Origin: Candidatus Latescibacterota bacterium
GTDB lineage: Bacteria > Latescibacterota > UBA2968 > UBA8231
Assembly (NCBI GenBank): GCA_965223905.1
Contig: CBDCXV010000009.1
Location: 320,001-384,000, forward strand
Direction: 5' to 3'
DNA length: 64,000 nt
Shown: one piece after another, positions 19,075 through 28,818 of the stretch
Numbering within the stretch: position 1 is the stretch's first letter
Layout: each line of letters starts with the position of its first letter
Position numbers and translations under genes: made by a program
The notes under the pieces: model-generated
What the model was told of the DNA's origin: nothing
The model's database searches: none
Seen by the model: the letters and a program-made list of their open reading frames with translations, nothing else

Positions 19075-19836
19075 ATGGCGGATATCGCACAATCGATCTG
19101 TTTCGGCTGCTTTGCCGGCGGCGAACTGTCGGGCGAGGAGGTTATCGCCGAGGCCGCCCGCATCGGCTATCGCTCCGTCGAGATGCTGCCCGAGGAGCTG
19201 TGGCCGCTGGTGCGCCGGCACGGCATGGAGATCGCCTCGGTGAGTGGCCACGCATCCCTGCCGGACGGGCTCAACAAGCGCGAGAACCACGACCGCATCG
19301 AGGCCGAGTTGCTTGCCAACATCGACACCGCCGCGGATAACGGGATCGCCGCCCTGATCTGCTTCTCCGGGAACCGCGAAGGAAAGTCGGAGGAGGAAGG
19401 TCTCGCCAACACCGTCGCCGGCCTGAAACGGGTCGCCGCCGCGGCCGAGAGGAAGGGGATCTCCCTGGTTCTCGAGCTGCTCAACAGCAAGGTCAACCAC
19501 CCCGACTACCAGTGCGACAGCACCTCCTGGGGCGTCGAGGTCTGCCGGCGCGTCGGCTCCGACAGGGTCAGGCTGCTCTACGACATCTACCACATGCAGA
19601 TCATGGAGGGGGACCTGATCCGGACGATTGCCGACAACATCGGCTTCATCGCCCACTTTCACACCGCCGGCAACCCGGGCCGCAACGACCTCGACGAAGA
19701 GCAGGAGATCTTCTATCCGCCGATCATGCAGGCCATCGCCGCCACCGGGTACGGGGGCTTCGTCGGCCACGAGTTCGTCCCGAAGGGGGCGGTCGCCGCG
19801 GCCATGCGCGCCGCCTTCGAGACCTGCAACGTATAG
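19075..19836 (+). CDS. Hydroxypyruvate isomerase family TIM-barrel protein
   Basis: LELLNSKVNHPDY, LLYDIYHMQIMEGD, HFHTAGNPGR, VGHEF. Confidence 0.9.
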   Translation: MADIAQSICFGCFAGGELSGEEVIAEAARIGYRSVEMLPEELWPLVRRHGMEIASVSGHASLPDGLNKRENHDRIEAELLANIDTAADNGIAALICFSGNREGKSEEEGLANTVAGLKRVAAAAERKGISLVLELLNSKVNHPDYQCDSTSWGVEVCRRVGSDRVRLLYDIYHMQIMEGDLIRTIADNIGFIAHFHTAGNPGRNDLDEEQEIFYPPIMQAIAATGYGGFVGHEFVPKGAVAAAMRAAFETCNV

Positions 19837-20025
19837 TGGGTCCCGGGTACCCTCTTCGATTGCAGGAGCCGGCCGCAGACCAGATGCAGTTTTTCGACAG
19901 GCAGCCGACCAAGTCCCGTCCGAGCCCGGTGCCGCCTCCTGCGAAGCGGGCGCCTCGACACTCCGAATCCAGCCAGTAACGTGCGGAGAGGACGGATTCC
20001 GCATTTCATCCCAGGAAAAACCGAG

Positions 20026-21072
20026 ATGACCGATCCGACCCCGTTTCTCGATTCCACCGCCGTCGCCGACGACGGCCCCGAGCTGCGCCGGCGCATGCAG
20101 CGCGACGGCTACCTGTTCGTGCGCGGTCTGCTGCCCCCCGATGACCTCGAGCCTCTTAGGCTGAGGTTCCTCGAGATCACCCGCGACGCCGGCTGGGTGG
20201 CGCGCGACCAGCCGCTCGCCGAGGCGGTCGCCGACCTCGACGGCTTCTGCGTCGAGCCGCAGCCGGAGTACATGTCGATCTACGCCGAGATGTACAAGGT
20301 GCAGGAGTTCCACGCCCTCCAGCACCACCCCGCCATCCTCGGCCTGCTGGAGCGCATGTACGGCGAACCCGAAGGTGGGAACGGCAAGGAAGGGCCGGTG
20401 GTGATCCCGCATCCGCGCATCATAGGGCGCACCATGTTTCCTCAGCGCGAGGCCTACACTACCCCGGCTCACCAGGACTTCGTGCCGATTCAGGGCACCG
20501 CCGACACCTGGACCGCCTGGTTCCCCCTGCACGATCTGAAGCCGGAAATGGGCGGCCTTCAGGTCGCCGAAGGGTCGCATACATCCGGGGTGTACGAGTT
20601 TCGCCCCGCCCTCGGAGCGGGTGGATTGGAGATAGTCGACCCGCTCGAGGGACGCTGGCGCAGCAACCCCATGAACCAGGGGGACGTGCTGTTCTTCCAC
20701 AGCCTGTGTGTGCACAAGGGGGTGGCCAACACCGGCCGCAACCTGCGGCAGTCGATCGACGCGCGCTACCAGCGGCTCCGCGACACCATCGAGGAGAAGA
20801 GCCTGGTGCCCCACGTCAGCCCGGTGACCTGGGAGGAGATCTACGCCGGCTGGCCGAACGAAGACTACCAGTACTACTGGAAGGAATGGGACCTGGATTT
20901 CACCGAATACGACTACAGCTACAACCAGGAGCGGGACCGGCTCGCCTTCGAGATGGCCGCAGCCGGCGACGGGCGCGCCCGCTCGGCCCTGCAGCGGATC
21001 GTCGCCCGCGACGCCGACCCGGAAAAGCGGCAGCGGGCCGAAGCGGCCCTGGTCTCTCTGGACGCCTCCTAG
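20026..21072 (+). CDS. Phytanoyl-CoA dioxygenase (PhyH) family protein
   Basis: DGYLFVRGLL, TPAHQD, TAWFPL, GGL..AEGSH, GDVLFFHSLCVH, R.S.D.RY. Confidence 0.88.
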   Translation: MTDPTPFLDSTAVADDGPELRRRMQRDGYLFVRGLLPPDDLEPLRLRFLEITRDAGWVARDQPLAEAVADLDGFCVEPQPEYMSIYAEMYKVQEFHALQHHPAILGLLERMYGEPEGGNGKEGPVVIPHPRIIGRTMFPQREAYTTPAHQDFVPIQGTADTWTAWFPLHDLKPEMGGLQVAEGSHTSGVYEFRPALGAGGLEIVDPLEGRWRSNPMNQGDVLFFHSLCVHKGVANTGRNLRQSIDARYQRLRDTIEEKSLVPHVSPVTWEEIYAGWPNEDYQYYWKEWDLDFTEYDYSYNQERDRLAFEMAAAGDGRARSALQRIVARDADPEKRQRAEAALVSLDAS

Positions 21073-21117
21073 TCTCCACGGGCAGTTACCCGTCGAGATT
21101 ACGAAGGAGGAACGGAT

Positions 21118-21345
21118 ATGAGCCCTGAAGCTGTCGCCATTGTTGGAGTTGGAGTCGCGTTGCTGGCGGTGCTGGTGCCGCTGCTGCTGTCGATAGGCCG
21201 GCGAATCGACCGTATTGAGGACCGCCTTCGGGAACTGGCCCGCGACCTGCGCGCCCTTGCCGAGCGCGTGGCCCGCATCGAAGGCGCCGTGTGCGGCCCC
21301 TGGCGGCCTCCCGAACCCGACCCGGCAGGAGAGAAGCCGGCATGA
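21118..21345 (+). CDS. Small TM plus coiled-coil hypothetical protein
   Basis: AAGGAGG SD; TM helix followed by RIDRIEDRLRELARDL..LAERVARIEG. Confidence 0.65.
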   Translation: MSPEAVAIVGVGVALLAVLVPLLLSIGRRIDRIEDRLRELARDLRALAERVARIEGAVCGPWRPPEPDPAGEKPA

Positions 21346-21391
21346 GCGGTTTCGGCCTTCGCGGGGGTGACGGCAGGCAGGAGCGAAACAC

Positions 21392-22117
21392 ATGAAACTC
21401 GAAGGCAAGGTGGTCCTGATAACGGGAGGGGGCTCCGGCGCCGGCGCCGGGATCGCCGAGGTATGCGCCCGCGAAGGAGCCCAGGTGGTGGTCACCGGGC
21501 GCACCGCCGGCAAGCTCGAGTCGGTCTGTGCCGGGATCGGCAGGGGCTGCGCCGGCTTCGCCGCCGACGTAATTGACCGCGCCCGCGTCGCCGAGCTCGT
21601 CGACTGGGTAATGTCGCGGTGGGGCCGGATCGACGTGCTCGTCAACAACGCCGGCGTCAACGTGACGGAGCGCAAGCTCGCGGAGATGACCCTCGAAAGC
21701 TGGGATTTCGTCCTCGACACCAACGCCACCGGTGCCTACAACCTCGTGCACGCGGTGCTGCCCCACATGCGCGCCCGCGGCGAGGGGCATATCGTCAGCA
21801 TCTGCTCGACCGCCGGCACCTTCGCCAGCCCGATCGCCGGCATGGCCTACAGCGCCTCCAAGCACGCCATGGCGGTGATGACCAAGTTCATCGACCACGA
21901 GGAGGCCGCCAACGGGGTCAGGGCGACGGTCATCTCCCCCGGGGAGATCAACACCCCCATCCTCGACACCCGGCCGGTCAGGGTCAGCGACGAGCACAAG
22001 GCCCGCATCCTGCAGCCCGAGGACATCGGGGAGGCCGTCCTCTACGCGGTGACGCAGCCTCCCAACGTCTGCGTCACCGAGATGGTCATCAAGCCCCGCG
22101 GACAGGGTCTGATCTGA
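21392..22117 (+). CDS. Short-chain dehydrogenase/reductase
   Basis: TGGGSGAG, LVNNAG, YSASK, ISPGEINT. Confidence 0.92.
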   Translation: MKLEGKVVLITGGGSGAGAGIAEVCAREGAQVVVTGRTAGKLESVCAGIGRGCAGFAADVIDRARVAELVDWVMSRWGRIDVLVNNAGVNVTERKLAEMTLESWDFVLDTNATGAYNLVHAVLPHMRARGEGHIVSICSTAGTFASPIAGMAYSASKHAMAVMTKFIDHEEAANGVRATVISPGEINTPILDTRPVRVSDEHKARILQPEDIGEAVLYAVTQPPNVCVTEMVIKPRGQGLI

Positions 22118-22130
22118 CCCGGGCAACCGG

Positions 22131-22646
22131 ATGAAACAGCTCCGCGGCAAGCCCCTGCGCGACTTTCTCCGCCGCACCCGCCGCCCCGGCATCGACCTGG
22201 TTTTCCTCCTTCAGGACATCGAGGACCCGGTGAACGTCGGGGCCGCCTTCCGTATCGCCGACGCCTGCGGGGTCGCCGAGATGATCCTCACCGGGATCAG
22301 CGCCCGCCCGCCGCACCCGCTGATCGCCAAGGTCGGCCGCGGCCGCGACCGAAGGGTCTCCTGGCGCTACGTCGAAACCGCGGTCGAGGCTATCGCCCCG
22401 TACCGCGACGACGGCTGGGACATCTGCGCTCTCGAGATCACCGCCGAGTCGGAGCCCTACTGCGAGGCCGGGTACCGCGACCGGGTGCTGCTGGTCGCCG
22501 GACACGAGGACCACGGGATCACCAACCGCACCCTGTCCGCCTGCGACCGCGCCGTCTACATCCCGATGTACGGAAAGGGATCCTCCCTCAACGTCGGCGT
22601 TTCCCTGGCGATCGCCGCCTCCCACATCCTGCACTCCCGCCGCTGA
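22131..22646 (+). CDS. TrmH/SpoU-family RNA methyltransferase
   Basis: IEDPVNVGAAFR, GHEDHGI, IPMYG..SSLNV. Confidence 0.9.
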   Translation: MKQLRGKPLRDFLRRTRRPGIDLVFLLQDIEDPVNVGAAFRIADACGVAEMILTGISARPPHPLIAKVGRGRDRRVSWRYVETAVEAIAPYRDDGWDICALEITAESEPYCEAGYRDRVLLVAGHEDHGITNRTLSACDRAVYIPMYGKGSSLNVGVSLAIAASHILHSRR

Positions 22647-22987
22647 AGGCGGCCCCGGCGGAGACCGGCAGCGGGAGCCCGTGGCGTTGTCCGAGCCGTC
22701 GTGCACAACCTTTACAGATAGTCGGCAACATCGTTTACAGTTTTCCGCGAACGGCTTTTCCCAAGCGCCGGGATGGTGAGCTGTCGTTCACCCATGCGAC
22801 CAAGGTGTGCGGGGGTCGAACCGTTGCCGGGGCGGCGCCGCCCGTCCTACCTTCCGGGAATTCCGCGCTTCCGAAGGCCTGCAATGACCTGCTTCGACCT
22901 CGATCCCGCGGCCCCGGCCGCCCCCCGCATGCACAAGCCCGGCGGCAGGGCCACCGGCTGCCTGACCGCAGCCGCTCCTGCCCGCCG

Positions 22988-25900
22988 ATGACCGCGGACG
23001 AGGCCGGCTCGGCTCTCCCCAGCCATTCCCCCGAAACACCCGCACGGGCGTCGACCGACGGGCTCGAGCTGTTCCACCCGCTCGTGGCGCGCTGGTTTCG
23101 CGAGCGTCTCGGCTCGCCGACCGACGTCCAGCGGAAGTCCTGGCCGCGCATCGCCGCGGGCGAGCATCTCCTGATCACGGCTCCCACCGGAAGCGGCAAG
23201 ACCCTGACCGCCTTCCTGTGGGCCCTCGACCGCCTGGTGAGCGGCGAGTGGCAGGCAGGGTCCACCCGCGTCCTCTACGTGTCGCCGCTCAAGGCGCTCA
23301 ACAACGACATCCGCCGCAACCTCCTGCGCCCGCTGTGCGAGCTGCGCGAGACATTCGCCGCGGCCGCGGCTCCCTTCCCCGAGATCCGGGTGCAGACCCG
23401 CAGCGGCGACACCCCGCAGCCGGAGCGGCGCGCCATGCTGCGCCGGCCCCCCGAGATCCTGATCACCACCCCGGAGAGCCTCAACCTGCTGCTGAGCTCG
23501 CGGGGCGGGATCGGCCTGCTCGGAAACGTCGCCACCGTCATTCTCGACGAGGTGCACTCCGTGGTCGGCAACAAGCGGGGGGTGCACGCGATCACCGCGG
23601 TCGAGCGGCTCGTGCCGCTGTGCGGGGAGTTCCAGCGCATCGCCCTGTCGGCGACGGTGAGGCCGCTGCAGACGGTGGCCGGGTTCGTCGGCGGCCTGCG
23701 CGCCGAGGTCGAAGGGGAGGAGGGAGAGCCGCGGCTGCGCCCGCGTCCCGTCGGCATCGTCCAGTCTGCCGACGCCAAGCAGTACGACATCCGCGTCCGC
23801 TTTCCGCGCACCGCCGCCGACGAGCAGGGCGCGGACGCAGAATCGGTCTGGCCGCCGCTGGTCGAGGAGCTCTCCCGCATCATCGCCGGCAACCAGTCGA
23901 CCTTGCTGTTCACCAACAACCGCCGCCTGTGCGAGAAGCTGACCCTGCTCGTCAACGATGGCGGCGAGCGGCCCCTCGCGTACGCCCACCACGGCTCCCT
24001 GTCGCGGGAGATCCGCGAAACCGTCGAGCGCAAGCTCAAGGACGGGGAGCTGCGGGCCATCGTCGCCACCGCCTCGCTCGAGCTGGGGATCGACATCGGC
24101 GCCCTCGACGAGGTCGTCCTCGTGCAGTCCCCCCACTCGATCGCCTCCGGGATTCAGCGCATCGGGCGCGCCGGCCACGACGTCGGCGAGGTCAGCCGCG
24201 GCACCCTCTACCCGACCTATTCCTCCGACTTCATAGAGTCCGCGGTGATGGCCGCGGGGGTTCTGAGCCAGGATATCGAGGAAGTGCGGCCGGTCGACGC
24301 CCCCCTCGACGTCCTGGCCCAGGTCGTCGTTTCGATGGTGGCCCTCGAGCCCCGGGACCTCGACGAGGTCTACGAGGTGGTGCGCTCCTCGTACCCGTAC
24401 CGCGACCTCGGGCGGCGCCAGTTCGATCTCGTCGTCGACATGCTGGCCGGCCGCTACGCCCACACCCGCATACGGGAGCTGCAGCCGAAGCTCTCCGTCG
24501 ACCGCCTCGACAACACCGCCGCCGCCCGCAGGGGGGCGGTTCAGGACCTCTACTTCTCGGGCGGAACCATCCCCGACCGCGGCTACTTCCACCTGCGCGT
24601 CGAGGAGTCCAACGCCCGCATCGGCGAGCTCGACGAGGAGTTCGTGTGGGAGTGCTCGGAGGGGCAGACCTTCACGATGGGCTCGCAGAGTTGGAGCATC
24701 CGGCGCATCACCCACAACGACGTGTTCGTGACCCCGTCGCCGCCGAAGGCCGGGGACCTGCCGTTTTGGAAGGCGGACGGCGGCGGCCGCGATTTCCACT
24801 TCTCCGAGCGCATCGGGCAGTTCCTCGAGATCGCCGACCGCTCCCTCGACGACCCGGGTTTCCCGCACAGGCTGCAGCGCGACCACGCCATGGACGAAAT
24901 CGCGGCGGAGCAGCTGCTCGAGCTGTTGCGGCGGCAGAAGAAGGAGACCGGCTGTTCCCTGCCGCACCGCCGCCACGTCGTCGTCGAGTACGCCGGTGCC
25001 GCGCCCCTCGGCCACGAGGGCAACCAGGTGGTGCTCCACACCTTCTGGGGGGAGCGCGTCAACCGGCCGTTCGCCCTCGCTCTCGACGCGGCGTGGGAAG
25101 AGAGGTTCGGCCAGCGGCTGGAGATCTACCCGGCCAACGACTGCATCGCCATGATGCTGCCCGACGAGGTCGAAGCGGAGGAGCTGCTCTCCCTGGTGTC
25201 GCCGGCGCGGCTCGACGACCACCTGCGCCGGCGCCTGGAGAGCTCCGGCTACTTCGGGGCGCGTTTCCGGGAGTGCTGCGGCCGCGCCCTGCTTCTCAGC
25301 CGCAAGCGCATGAACCAGCGTTTGCCGCTGTGGCTGACGAGGCTGCGCTCCCAGAAGCTGCTCGACGCGGTGCGGCGCTTCGACGACTTCCCGGTCCTGA
25401 TCGAGGCCTGGCGCTCCTGCCTCCAGGACGAGTTCGACATGCCGGCCCTGCACCAGCTGCTCACCGAGCTGGAGTCAGGGGGCATCTCCTGGTCCGCCGC
25501 CCACACCGGGCAGCCGAGCAGCTTCGCCCGGGCCATCTCATGGCGGCTGGTCGACAACTACATGTACCGGGGGGACGAGCCGGCTGCCACGGAGCCCTCG
25601 CGGCTGCGCGGAGATCTTCTGCGCGAAGTCGTATTCAGCGCCGATCTGCGCCCCGCGGTGCCGGCCGCGGTGGTGCGCGGCTTCGTCGAGAAACGGCAGC
25701 GCCTCGCTCCCGGGTACGCCCCCCGGAGCGCCCGCGAGCTCGTCGACTGGGTGGTGGAGCGCCTGCTGATACCGCAGGCGGAGTGGGAGGAGCTGCTCGC
25801 CGCCATCGACCGCGACAGGGGGGTCGACCCCGATGCCGGGGAAGCCGCCGCGGACCTGGTAGCCGCCGCGGGGGACCGCCTTGTGCGCGTCGCTGCCGGC

Positions 25901-27565
25901 GGCGCCGTGCTCATCGCCGCACGCGAGCAGCTGCCCTGGCTCGCCAGGGCCTGGAGCCGGCTGCCGGGAAGCGGCAGCGGCGTCGAGGTGCTCGCCGATG
26001 GCAGTTCCGCCGTCGTTCCGCAGGAAGCCGGCGGCGCCGATGGGGACGGGGACGCCCAAGGGGACGGCGGCCTGACCGGGCTGATCGGGCGCTGGCTTCA
26101 GTTCTACGGCCCCCTCTCTCCTTCGGAAATCGAGCGGATGCTCGGCATCGAACCGGCCCTGTTGCGGCAGGTGCTCGACGATCTCGTCGACTCCGAGGCC
26201 GCGGTTGGCGGCCTGCTGATCGCCGGAGCCGGGACCGAGACCTGGTGCGACGCCGAAAACCTCGAGATCCTGCTGCGCCTGGCCCGGGCGGACGCGGTGC
26301 CGGCGTTCCGGCCGCTGCCGCTTTCGCGGCTGCCGCTGTTTCTCGCCGTGTGGCAGGGGCTGACCGACGCCGAGGCGGACGCCGAGGCCCTGCCGCGGCG
26401 CCTCGAGCAGCTGCTGTGCTACGAAGCAGCGGCCGCGGCGTGGGAGGGCGAGTTCCTTCCCGCCCGCCTGCCCGGGTACTCGACCTCCTGGATCGACGCC
26501 TGCATGCAGGAGAGCTCCCTGCGCTGGGTCGGCCGCGGCAGCGAGAGGGTCGCCCTCTGTTTCGACGCCGACCTCGATCTGCTCCAGGGTCCGGCCGGCC
26601 CCGGTGCAGGGGAGGAGAGCGAAACGGCCGCGGCGGAGGCGGTGGCCGGGCTGTTTCCCGATCCGGCCGGGCGCTACGACTTCGCCACCCTGCAGCGGCT
26701 GACGGGGATCTCCGCGTCCGACCTGGCGGAGCGGCTCTGGTCCGGGGCCTGGGGGGGCCGGGTCACCAACGACAGCTTCAGCGCCCTGCGCAAGGGGATC
26801 GAGACGCGCTTCGAGGTCCCGGAAGTGCGGGCCGCGGCCGGGCGCCGCCCCGGGACCGGAGGGCGTGGGGCCTTTTCCCGCTGGAAGGGGTCGCTGCCGT
26901 TCGCCGGCAACTGGCATCTGCTGCCGGAAGCGGAGCCGGCCGCGGACCCCCTGGAAAGCGAGGAGCGCTGCAAGGAGCGCGTGCGCCTGCTGCTCGACCG
27001 CTACGGCCTGCTGTTCCGCGAGCTGCTGCAGCGGGAATCCGCCCCCTTCCGCTGGCCCGCCCTGTTCCGCTCGCTGCGCCTGATGGAGCTGTCGGGCGAG
27101 ATCCTTTCCGGCTGCTTCTTCGAGGGCATCCCGGGGCCGCAGTTCATCTCGAACCGGGCCTTCCGCAGGCTGCAGCGGGATCTGCCGGAGAAGGAGGTCT
27201 TCTGGATCAACGCCACCGATCCGGCCTCCCTCTGCGGCCTGCCGCTGGAGGAGCTGCGCGTTTCCCCCCTCCCGAGACGGGTCGCCGGCACCCACCTCGT
27301 CTACCACGGCCCCGACCTCGTCGTCGTCTCCGCCCGCCGCGGCAGGGCGCTGACCTTCCGGGTGGATGCCGACTGCGAGGATCTGCTGCGCTATTTCGGC
27401 TTTCTCCACCATCTCCTGACGGCGCCGTTCCGCTCCTCGCGGCGCGTCGTGGTCGAAACCATCGACGGCAGTCCAGCGTCCGGAAGTCCCTACCTCGACG
27501 CCCTGCGCACCTGCTTCGAGGTCCTGCCCGACTACAACGAGGTCGTGATCATGAGCGGCAGGTAG
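22988..27565 (+). CDS. lhr: Long Lhr-family SF2 DNA helicase with C-terminal AlkZ-like region
   Basis: APTGSGKT, SPLKALNND, TTPESL, DEVH, HHGSLS, SLELGIDIG, QRIGRAGH; C-terminal LLDRYG..FRE and NATDPASL. Confidence 0.9.
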   Translation: MTADEAGSALPSHSPETPARASTDGLELFHPLVARWFRERLGSPTDVQRKSWPRIAAGEHLLITAPTGSGKTLTAFLWALDRLVSGEWQAGSTRVLYVSPLKALNNDIRRNLLRPLCELRETFAAAAAPFPEIRVQTRSGDTPQPERRAMLRRPPEILITTPESLNLLLSSRGGIGLLGNVATVILDEVHSVVGNKRGVHAITAVERLVPLCGEFQRIALSATVRPLQTVAGFVGGLRAEVEGEEGEPRLRPRPVGIVQSADAKQYDIRVRFPRTAADEQGADAESVWPPLVEELSRIIAGNQSTLLFTNNRRLCEKLTLLVNDGGERPLAYAHHGSLSREIRETVERKLKDGELRAIVATASLELGIDIGALDEVVLVQSPHSIASGIQRIGRAGHDVGEVSRGTLYPTYSSDFIESAVMAAGVLSQDIEEVRPVDAPLDVLAQVVVSMVALEPRDLDEVYEVVRSSYPYRDLGRRQFDLVVDMLAGRYAHTRIRELQPKLSVDRLDNTAAARRGAVQDLYFSGGTIPDRGYFHLRVEESNARIGELDEEFVWECSEGQTFTMGSQSWSIRRITHNDVFVTPSPPKAGDLPFWKADGGGRDFHFSERIGQFLEIADRSLDDPGFPHRLQRDHAMDEIAAEQLLELLRRQKKETGCSLPHRRHVVVEYAGAAPLGHEGNQVVLHTFWGERVNRPFALALDAAWEERFGQRLEIYPANDCIAMMLPDEVEAEELLSLVSPARLDDHLRRRLESSGYFGARFRECCGRALLLSRKRMNQRLPLWLTRLRSQKLLDAVRRFDDFPVLIEAWRSCLQDEFDMPALHQLLTELESGGISWSAAHTGQPSSFARAISWRLVDNYMYRGDEPAATEPSRLRGDLLREVVFSADLRPAVPAAVVRGFVEKRQRLAPGYAPRSARELVDWVVERLLIPQAEWEELLAAIDRDRGVDPDAGEAAADLVAAAGDRLVRVAAGGAVLIAAREQLPWLARAWSRLPGSGSGVEVLADGSSAVVPQEAGGADGDGDAQGDGGLTGLIGRWLQFYGPLSPSEIERMLGIEPALLRQVLDDLVDSEAAVGGLLIAGAGTETWCDAENLEILLRLARADAVPAFRPLPLSRLPLFLAVWQGLTDAEADAEALPRRLEQLLCYEAAAAAWEGEFLPARLPGYSTSWIDACMQESSLRWVGRGSERVALCFDADLDLLQGPAGPGAGEESETAAAEAVAGLFPDPAGRYDFATLQRLTGISASDLAERLWSGAWGGRVTNDSFSALRKGIETRFEVPEVRAAAGRRPGTGGRGAFSRWKGSLPFAGNWHLLPEAEPAADPLESEERCKERVRLLLDRYGLLFRELLQRESAPFRWPALFRSLRLMELSGEILSGCFFEGIPGPQFISNRAFRRLQRDLPEKEVFWINATDPASLCGLPLEELRVSPLPRRVAGTHLVYHGPDLVVVSARRGRALTFRVDADCEDLLRYFGFLHHLLTAPFRSSRRVVVETIDGSPASGSPYLDALRTCFEVLPDYNEVVIMSGR

Positions 27566-27714
27566 CGGGAACGGCCGCTCGTGGGAGGCCGTTTCGGCAG
27601 GCAAAATTGCCGGGCCGCTCCGCCCGCGCTTTCGGTTGGATCGAGGGGGCCGGGAAATTACGTTATGGGCCCAGGGAGCAGCGCGGATTCCGCGCTTTTT
27701 CGAAAGGATCAGCA

Positions 27715-28182
27715 ATGACCGACCTAGTGACGGCAGAGGATATTCTGGCAGGAAAGGGGGGGGACCTCCTCAGCGTCTCGGAGGACGCGACCATCGGGGA
27801 AGCGCTCGAGGTCATGGTCGGGGGCAAGGTGGGATCCATTCTGGTGAGGGAGGGCAGTCGCATCGTCGGCATCTACACGGAACGGGATCTCATGCGCAAC
27901 GCCATCGACGCAGGTTTCGACCCGGGGAAGGCGCGCATCGGGGATCACATGAGCCGCGGCCTCAAGTTCGCCCCCTACACCGACACCGCCTACGAGCTGA
28001 TGGACAAGTTCCTCGGCCTGCGGATCAGGCATCTCCTGATCGACAAGAACGACGAGTTCATCGGGCTGCTGTCGGTCGGAGACGTCATCAAGGCGGCCCT
28101 GCAGGCGCGCACCGACGAGCTGGAGGAGCTCGAGGCGATCGCCAAGTGGGAGTACTACGAGGAGTGGAAGCCCCGCCGCTGA
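27715..28182 (+). CDS. CBS-domain protein
   Basis: Tandem CBS motifs VGSILV..IVGIYTERD and IRHLLI..IGLLSVGDVIK; AAAGGA SD. Confidence 0.88.
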   Translation: MTDLVTAEDILAGKGGDLLSVSEDATIGEALEVMVGGKVGSILVREGSRIVGIYTERDLMRNAIDAGFDPGKARIGDHMSRGLKFAPYTDTAYELMDKFLGLRIRHLLIDKNDEFIGLLSVGDVIKAALQARTDELEELEAIAKWEYYEEWKPRR

Positions 28183-28197
28183 GGCCGGGGCAGCACC

Positions 28198-28818
28198 ATG
28201 CCGAGAATTGAGGTCATCCCGGTCGAGCGCGCGACCGGCGCGCTCAAGACCGAGTACGACAAGGCGATCGGCCGCGCCGGCCGGGTGTGGAACATCGTCG
28301 GCATCATGAGCTGCAATCCCGCGGTCCTGCGGGATTCGATCAAGCTCTACGGCAGCGTGATGCACGGACCGTCGAGGCTGACCCGCAGGCAGCGGGAGAT
28401 GCTGGCCGTCGTCGTCTCGGCGCGCAATCACTGCGTCTACTGAACCCGCTCCCACGCCCACGATCTCCGGGAAGAGATCGCAGCGTCCGATGACATGAGC
28501 GCCGCCGAAGCGGACGCCTTCGTTCACGCGATTGCGCGCGACTGGCGAAGCGCCGGGCTCGGCACGCAGGATCGCGAGTTGTGCGGGTTCGCCGAGCGGC
28601 TCACCGACGATTCGGAGGGGGTGGACGTAGACGGCATCGCTGCCCTGCGCCGCTGCGGCCTCGACGACCGCGCCATCCACGATGCCACGCAGGTAGTGGC
28701 GTACTTCAACTACATCAACCGCGTCGCCTCCGCCCTCGGGGTGGAGCAGGAGACCTTCGCGCGCGCCTGGGAGCAGGCGGATGCCGGGAGCGGCTCGCAA
28801 GGAGAAGGGAAACCATGA
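28198..28818 (+). CDS. AhpD/carboxymuconolactone-decarboxylase-like peroxidase, probable selenoprotein (CxxU; UGA at 28441-28443)
   Basis: ORFs 28198-28443 and 28495-28818 share a frame and are separated by one TGA. The join reads REMLAVVVSARNHCVY-U-TRSH, the AhpD ExxxxxVSxxNxCxYCxxxH motif. Confidence 0.85.
28461..28480 (+). promoter_or_regulatory. Candidate bacterial SECIS hairpin
   Basis: CGATCTC-CGGGAA-GAGATCG: perfect 7-bp stem starting 17 nt after the UGA, with G at loop position 2. Confidence 0.65.

Noticed and set aside
22650-22985. Long intergenic region before lhr with two TTTACAG repeats
   Set aside because: Too short and unstructured to call a regulatory site or ncRNA.
23218-27714. 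1654-aa ORF overlapping lhr
   Set aside because: GC-rich shadow frame with Arg/Pro/Ala-rich translation; only its last 155 codons (CBS protein from ATG 27715) look real.
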